From NCBI GenBank assembly GCA_012729935.1, contig JAAYBY010000192.1, positions 1 through 42,044 of the forward strand: a stretch of 42,044 bases of DNA, in the 5' to 3' direction. The position numbers and the translations under genes were made by a program. Of this stretch, positions 36,467-42,044 are shown one piece after another. The notes under the pieces were generated by a model. That model was not told the DNA's origin and searched no databases. It was given only the letters and a program-made list of their open reading frames with translations. The first letter of the stretch is position 1. Every line of letters starts with the position of its first letter. The DNA is from Clostridiaceae bacterium. Lineage in GTDB: Bacteria > Bacillota > Clostridia > Saccharofermentanales > UBA5734.

Positions 36467-37870
36467 ATGAACGGAATACAAGGACATCGCATTCGTTCTG
36501 TCGCGCCGGACAGCATAGCGGCTGATCTTGGCCTGCAACCGGGTGACCAGCTTCTGACGATGGACAACCATCCGCTGATCGACATCTTTGACTATCGGCT
36601 TAGGCAGCTTAAATCGAATCTTCTCATCAGTGTGCTGCAGAGCGGCCGGTTGATCGAGTATGAGATCGAAAAGGATGAAGATGACGAGATTGGACTCGAG
36701 TTTGACAATCCTCTGATGCAGGATTGTACGTCGTGTGACAACCATTGCATTTTCTGCTTTATTGATCAGTTGCCGAACGGACTGCGTAAGTCACTTTATG
36801 TCAAAGACGATGATCTCAGATTATCTTTTTTGAACGGTAATTATGCCACGCTGACCAATCTATCCGATGAAGCACTGGAGCGACTGATCAATTATCGTTT
36901 TTCGCCGATGAATATATCGGTGCATACAACAAATCCAGGCCTGAGACGAAAAATGCTGTGCCACCCGAAGGCTGATCAGATTATGCAGCAGCTCGAACGA
37001 ATTGCCGGAGCCGGTCTGCAGCTGAATCTCCAGATTGTGCTCTGTCCCGACGTTAATGACGGAAGTGAGCTCGAACGGACGATGTCGGACTTGATCGGGC
37101 TTGGATCAGCCTTGAACAGTATTGCCGTTGTCCCGGTTGGTATTACACGTTATCGCAATCAGAAACGCTTGTTTCCCCTGAGATCTTTCAGCCGGCCGGA
37201 AGCACAAACGGTTATTGATCAGATTCAGAACATTCAGGATAAGCTGCTGCCGATCTGGGGACGACGACTGGTATATGCATCGGATGAATTTTATAATCTA
37301 GCTGGCCAGTCTTATCCGGAAACAACAGTCTATGATGATTTCCCACAGCTTGAAAACGGTGTCGGAATGGCGTCGCTGATGCGGCAGACAGTAGCAGATG
37401 GACTGGCTTCTATCAACCGGGATCCGGTCGAACCAATACATCGGTCACAGACCGGTCAGGCGGAAGGCACGATCAAACATCTGCTGATCGGGACGGGCAC
37501 CGCGGCAGCTCCACTTCTGGAAAGCTTCCGGGATGATCTGACCGGACGTGCGCATACAGAGGTATCCATCCTGCCGATTACCAATCGTTTCTTCGGGGAT
37601 CAGGTGACCGTAGCAGGTCTGCTGACAGGACAGGATATCGTTGAACAGATTCGGCCACTTGCTGATTCACTGAAAACAGGCGGCAGTCAGCCTGTCCTGA
37701 TTCTCCCGGCCTGTGTGATTAAGTATGATGAACCTGTGCTGCTGGATGATCTGACAATCAATCAGGTCAGTGATGCAATTCAGATTCCGGTTTGGGTCTG
37801 TGCTTCTGACGGGGGCAGCTTGGTCCAATTACTGGACTGGGTTGCTGTAAAAGGAGGTCATGACGAATGA
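36467..37870 (+). CDS. PDZ-domain radical-SAM protein of the DUF512 family
   Basis: An N-terminal PDZ-like segment (IRSVAPDSIAADLGLQPGDQLLTMDN). A CxxxCxxC radical-SAM motif CDNHCIFC. The start is set at the ATG at 36467, downstream of the rpmF terminator. The stop overlaps the der start. Confidence 0.8.
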   Translation: MNGIQGHRIRSVAPDSIAADLGLQPGDQLLTMDNHPLIDIFDYRLRQLKSNLLISVLQSGRLIEYEIEKDEDDEIGLEFDNPLMQDCTSCDNHCIFCFIDQLPNGLRKSLYVKDDDLRLSFLNGNYATLTNLSDEALERLINYRFSPMNISVHTTNPGLRRKMLCHPKADQIMQQLERIAGAGLQLNLQIVLCPDVNDGSELERTMSDLIGLGSALNSIAVVPVGITRYRNQKRLFPLRSFSRPEAQTVIDQIQNIQDKLLPIWGRRLVYASDEFYNLAGQSYPETTVYDDFPQLENGVGMASLMRQTVADGLASINRDPVEPIHRSQTGQAEGTIKHLLIGTGTAAAPLLESFRDDLTGRAHTEVSILPITNRFFGDQVTVAGLLTGQDIVEQIRPLADSLKTGGSQPVLILPACVIKYDEPVLLDDLTINQVSDAIQIPVWVCASDGGSLVQLLDWVAVKGGHDE

Positions 37871-39198
37871 GTCAACCTGTTGTTGCCATTGTAGGACGTC
37901 CAAATGTTGGCAAGTCAACGCTGTTTAATTACCTTGCCGGTGAACGTCTGTCAATTGTGGATGATACACCTGGTATAACACGGGATCGGATCTATGCACA
38001 GTCTGAATGGAGAGGCCGCATTTTTTCAATCATCGATACGGGTGGGATTGAATCCAAATCGGAGGAAGTTCTCCAGCAGTCCATGCGGGAACAGGCACAG
38101 ATCGCCATTGACACAGCAGATGTCATCATATTCATTGTCGATCTGAAAGTCGGGTTGACTGCTGAAGATACAGACATCGCCTCAATGCTGAGAAAGTCAG
38201 AAAAACAGGTTGTTCTCGCAGTCAATAAAGCTGACCAGATTGGCGACATACCAGTCGATGTTTATGAATTTTACAATCTTGGTCTGGGTGATTTTTATAC
38301 AATTTCAGCGGCCCATCGCCTGGGTGTTGGTGATTTGCTTGATGCCGTTTATGATGCGTTCCCGCCGGAATCTGATGCCTCAGAAGAAGCTGAACGCATT
38401 GCTGTTGCTGTTATCGGAAAACCCAATGTCGGTAAGTCTTCGCTGGTTAACCGCATGATTGGGCAGACCCGCCTGATTGTATCGGATATACCCGGAACGA
38501 CACGCGATGCTGTTGATACGCCGGTTGATAATCAATATGGTCATTTTACGTTGATTGATACGGCCGGATTGCGTAAAAAAAGCCGGATTGACAGTTCTAT
38601 CGAGCGATACAGCATGATTCGGTCGCTGTCTGCCATTGATCGGTCGGACGTCTGCCTGATCCTGATAGATGCGACTGAAGGGACAACTGAACAGGATACA
38701 AAGATCGCCGGATATGCCCACAATAAAGGGAAGGCGTCGATTTTTGTCATTAATAAGTGGGATCTGGTCAGTCGGGAAACAGGGACACTGGAAGACTATA
38801 AGAAGGACATTCGATCGACGTTTCCTTTTATGGCCTACGCGCCGATTATATCAATCTCAGCAGCAAGCGGCCAGCGGGTCAATCGACTGTTTTCTCTGAT
38901 TCAATCAGTTTATGAACAGTCCGGACGACGGCTCACGACCGGTATTATCAATGATTTGCTGGCTGAAGCAGTGGCTATGGTGCCAACACCACAAGATAAG
39001 GGCAAGCACCTCAAAATATATTATGGAACACAGGTAGGTACACATCCGCCGCAAATTGCGCTGTTTATCAATAAGAAAGAATTGATGCATTTTTCCTATG
39101 AACGGTATCTGGAAAATCAGCTGCGCCGTAATTATGGCTTTGAGGGTACGCCGATCTGGTTTTTACTGCGGCCAAAAGAGCAATCTGACAGAACATGA
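37867..39198 (+). CDS. der: Ribosome-biogenesis GTPase Der (EngA), with tandem G domains and a KH-like domain
   Basis: Two P-loops, GRPNVGKST and GKPNVGKSS, with DTGG / DTAG and NKAD / NKWD. Confidence 0.97.
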   Translation: MSQPVVAIVGRPNVGKSTLFNYLAGERLSIVDDTPGITRDRIYAQSEWRGRIFSIIDTGGIESKSEEVLQQSMREQAQIAIDTADVIIFIVDLKVGLTAEDTDIASMLRKSEKQVVLAVNKADQIGDIPVDVYEFYNLGLGDFYTISAAHRLGVGDLLDAVYDAFPPESDASEEAERIAVAVIGKPNVGKSSLVNRMIGQTRLIVSDIPGTTRDAVDTPVDNQYGHFTLIDTAGLRKKSRIDSSIERYSMIRSLSAIDRSDVCLILIDATEGTTEQDTKIAGYAHNKGKASIFVINKWDLVSRETGTLEDYKKDIRSTFPFMAYAPIISISAASGQRVNRLFSLIQSVYEQSGRRLTTGIINDLLAEAVAMVPTPQDKGKHLKIYYGTQVGTHPPQIALFINKKELMHFSYERYLENQLRRNYGFEGTPIWFLLRPKEQSDRT

Positions 39199-39223
39199 AG
39201 GGTCGGGAAGGAATTAATAATAG

Positions 39224-41092
39224 ATGACACAAACATTAGAAAATCTGCGTAATATCGCAATAATCGCGCATGTCGACCATGGCAAGACGACCATAGTCGA
39301 TGTCATGCTCAAGCAAAGCGGACTGTTTCGCGATAATGAGCAAACGGTTGAACAGATGATGGACAGCAATGAGCTTGAGCGAGAAAGAGGCATTACGATT
39401 CTTGCGAAAAACACAGCCATCACATACGGATCTGTTCGAATCAATATCGTAGACACACCTGGTCACGCAGATTTCGGTGGTGAAGTTGAGCGTGTTTTGA
39501 AAATGGTGGATGGTGTGCTGCTGGTTGTCGATGCCTATGACGGTCCGATGCCGCAAACCCGCTTTGTCTTGCGAAAAGCGCTGGCGATGCAGCTGAAACC
39601 GATCGTTGTCATCAACAAAGTGGATCGGCCAGATGCACGGCCGCTTGATGTGCTTGACCTGATTCTTGATTTGTTTATTGAACTGGGAGCCAATGATGAC
39701 CAGCTCGATTTCCCTGTTTTATATGCATCAGCCAGACTGGGAATGGCCTCAGATGTGCTGGAGGACCTGCAGGCTGCCATGCAGAAACAGACTGATGACG
39801 AACTGCACTTCGGTCCGTTAATGCAGGCTATTTGTGATTGGGTTCCTGCACCAACTGGTTCGACGGATGAACCACTGCAGATGCTGATTTCCAACATTGA
39901 CTATGACACATACATCGGCCGGATTGCGATTGGCCGTATTGAACGCGGAACAATCATGAAGGGCATGCCTGTTGTTGTCTGTGGATATGATGATCAGTCA
40001 GAACTGAATGCAAAGATTGTGAAGCTCTTCCGATATGAGGGGCTGCATCGTGTGCCCATCGAGCAGGCATCAACAGGTGAGATTGTCTGTGTAGCAGGTA
40101 TTTCGGAAATCAATATCGGTGATACGATCTGTGCAACTGACAAAATTGAACCGCTGCCTTTTGTAAACATCGACGAGCCGACCATATCGATGATGTTCCG
40201 GGTTAATGACAGCCCGTTTGCCGGCCGAGAAGGTCAATTTGTGACATCAAGGCATTTGCGTGAACGCCTGTTTCGCGAGATGGAAAAAAATGTTTCAATG
40301 CGGATCGAAGAGACCGATACGACGGAATCCTTCGTGATCAAAGGTAGAGGTGAACTTCACCTGTCAATCCTGATTGAAACAATGCGCCGCGAAGGATACG
40401 AATTTCAGGTTTCAAAGCCGGAAGTCATAACCAAAGAAATAGACGGATGTCTTTCGGAGCCTGTTGAACTGGTGCTGATCGATGTTCCTGAATCATTTGT
40501 CGGTGTAGTCATCGAAAAACTCGGGACTCGGAAAGCCGAACTGGTTACCATGGAACCACCTGAAAAAGGAATGGTACGGATGGAATTCAGGATTCCCTCC
40601 CGTGGATTGATAGGGTATCGGTCGGAATTTTTGACCGACACCAAGGGCAATGGTATAATGAACAGCGTTATTGCAGGCTTTGAGCCGTGGAAAGGTACGA
40701 TTGAAACACGCAGCCATGGTGTTCTTGTCGCTTGGGAGACAGGTGAAGCGGTCGCCTACGGACTATATAAGGCACAGGAGCGGGGCAACCTGTTTATCGG
40801 GCCGGGCACATCAGTCTATGAAGGAATGGTTGTCGGTTCAAACCCTAAACCGGAAGACATCGTGGTCAATGTCTGCAAACGAAAGCATGTCACCAATATG
40901 CGGGCTTCCGGATCGGATGAGGCACTCCGTCTGACGCCGCCTGTCCAGATGAGCCTGGAACAGCACCTGGAGTATGTTTCTGACGATGAATTAATTGAAA
41001 TAACACCTAAATCCATCCGGCTTCGGAAACGGATATTGAATTCTGAGCAGCGTGCCAAACAGCGTTCTCGTCAGATTGAAGCGTCCAGTTAG
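39224..41092 (+). CDS. typA: Translational GTPase TypA/BipA
   Basis: NIAIIAHVDHGKTT, DTPGHADFGGEVER and NKVDR motifs, at an EF-G-like length of 622 aa. Confidence 0.96.
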   Translation: MTQTLENLRNIAIIAHVDHGKTTIVDVMLKQSGLFRDNEQTVEQMMDSNELERERGITILAKNTAITYGSVRINIVDTPGHADFGGEVERVLKMVDGVLLVVDAYDGPMPQTRFVLRKALAMQLKPIVVINKVDRPDARPLDVLDLILDLFIELGANDDQLDFPVLYASARLGMASDVLEDLQAAMQKQTDDELHFGPLMQAICDWVPAPTGSTDEPLQMLISNIDYDTYIGRIAIGRIERGTIMKGMPVVVCGYDDQSELNAKIVKLFRYEGLHRVPIEQASTGEIVCVAGISEINIGDTICATDKIEPLPFVNIDEPTISMMFRVNDSPFAGREGQFVTSRHLRERLFREMEKNVSMRIEETDTTESFVIKGRGELHLSILIETMRREGYEFQVSKPEVITKEIDGCLSEPVELVLIDVPESFVGVVIEKLGTRKAELVTMEPPEKGMVRMEFRIPSRGLIGYRSEFLTDTKGNGIMNSVIAGFEPWKGTIETRSHGVLVAWETGEAVAYGLYKAQERGNLFIGPGTSVYEGMVVGSNPKPEDIVVNVCKRKHVTNMRASGSDEALRLTPPVQMSLEQHLEYVSDDELIEITPKSIRLRKRILNSEQRAKQRSRQIEASS

Positions 41093-41121
41093 GTGCGTGC
41101 ATCCTCAGGGAGGATTGTACT

Positions 41122-42044
41122 GTGTCTAAGAAAATAGTACGAACACTGATTATCTCAGTTGTTATTTTTATCCTGATTGGTGTTACAACCGCCGGGTTTT
41201 ACTTTGGTTTTAATTACATTATTTCCCAGAACGAGCGGATGGAGAAACTTCAGGAACAGTTCGGCCAGGGAGAAAACGGGACGGGTATCAATGCTGATAC
41301 AGCCGGAGCCGTTGAAATTATCATACCCCGGGCATCCGATACCAAACAGATCGCGGAACTTCTGGAAAACAAAGGCATGATCAAGAACGTGTTCATGTTC
41401 ACGATCCTGTCGAAATTCAACGGGTTCGATGGTGCCTATATGGCAGGCACACATTACGTTCTGCCTGGTATGGGCTACGATGAAATCATGTATCTTCTCT
41501 GCCAGAAACCCCAGGCTGTTCGTGTAACCTTCCCGGAGGGACTGACCTATCGTGAGGTAAAGCAGCGATTAACCGATGCGGGCGTCAAATATGACGAAAA
41601 AGTCATGGACAGCATGATGCGCAACCCTCAGGCTTTCCTTGATTATGATTTTGTTACGGATATCGACAGCAGAGAGGGTCGTGACTGGATTCTGCAGGGA
41701 TACCTTTTCCCCGACACCTACGAGTTTGATGTCAACACGGATGAGGAAACTATTCTCCGGACATTCCTGAATAATACTGAGCGTAAGCTGATTGAAGAGT
41801 ATTATGAACGGGCGAGCTATATTGAAATGAGTATGGATGATGTCATAATTCTGGCATCGATTATTCAGATGGAGTGTCAACTGATCGAAGAGATGCGCAG
41901 TGTCTCAGGTGTGTTTCACAACAGAATTCGGGACGATATGTCGCTGAGTGCCTGTGCGACGGTCAACTATCTCAGAAAAGAAAATGGTGACGATGTGAAA
42001 CTATGGCTGTTGAATGAGGACATCAATGAATTCGACAGCCCGTA
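41122..42044 (+). CDS. mltG: Endolytic murein transglycosylase MltG (YceG-like), 3'-truncated by the window edge
   Basis: This ORF is not in the ORF track because it is open-ended. The GTG at 41122 lies 7 nt after GGGAGGA. An N-terminal TM (IISVVIFILIGVTTAGFYF) is followed by LQGYLFPDTYEF, LASIIQME and GVFHNRI, consistent with MltG motifs. Confidence 0.85.
   Translation, partial: MSKKIVRTLIISVVIFILIGVTTAGFYFGFNYIISQNERMEKLQEQFGQGENGTGINADTAGAVEIIIPRASDTKQIAELLENKGMIKNVFMFTILSKFNGFDGAYMAGTHYVLPGMGYDEIMYLLCQKPQAVRVTFPEGLTYREVKQRLTDAGVKYDEKVMDSMMRNPQAFLDYDFVTDIDSREGRDWILQGYLFPDTYEFDVNTDEETILRTFLNNTERKLIEEYYERASYIEMSMDDVIILASIIQMECQLIEEMRSVSGVFHNRIRDDMSLSACATVNYLRKENGDDVKLWLLNEDINEFDSP

Noticed and set aside
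41155-41880. Two minus-strand ORFs (99 aa and 103 aa) listed in the track at the right end of the window.
   Set aside because: The plus strand here carries an open-ended ORF with clear MltG motifs (YLFPDTYEF, ASIIQME, VFHNRI), a TM anchor, and a GGGAGGA RBS before the GTG at 41122. The minus-strand ORFs are shadows.

Overview
This 42 kb window looks like a compact, mostly housekeeping chromosomal segment from a Bacillota (Clostridia-like) genome of about 50% GC.

**Gene content**
- I support 33 protein-coding genes plus one 28-codon small ORF.
- I saw no tRNA, rRNA, CRISPR array, transposase or integrase.
- Recognisable core genes are a class-V aminotransferase with serA, alaS, a HIT protein, rpsU, recJ-relA, RNase J, rpsT, tmcAL-tyrS, pta-ackA, proS, an RluA-type pseudouridine synthase, ddl-murI, DUF1934, yceD-rpmF, a PDZ/radical-SAM DUF512 protein coupled to der, typA, and the 5' part of mltG.
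- Several ORF-track starts are too far upstream. I re-set them using RBS, promoter and terminator positions.

**Non-routine content, in three places**
1. A minus-strand operon at 2704-8122. It encodes a DUF1015-like protein, an FAD/NAD(P) oxidoreductase, and an 862-aa DUF2298/chlor_Arch_YYY polytopic membrane protein that is ATGA-coupled to the oxidoreductase.
2. A PocR-AraC regulator with an orphan corrinoid-binding protein at 16353-18355.
3. A poorly characterised block at 23673-28058. It holds two hypothetical proteins and a 235-bp segment bounded by a 19/20-nt inverted repeat. That segment encloses a 28-codon ORF with a strong RBS and lies directly upstream of a membrane HD-GYP phosphodiesterase paired with a DUF5317 membrane protein. 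It is a candidate invertible switch.

All family assignments rest on motif recognition by eye. No searches were run.
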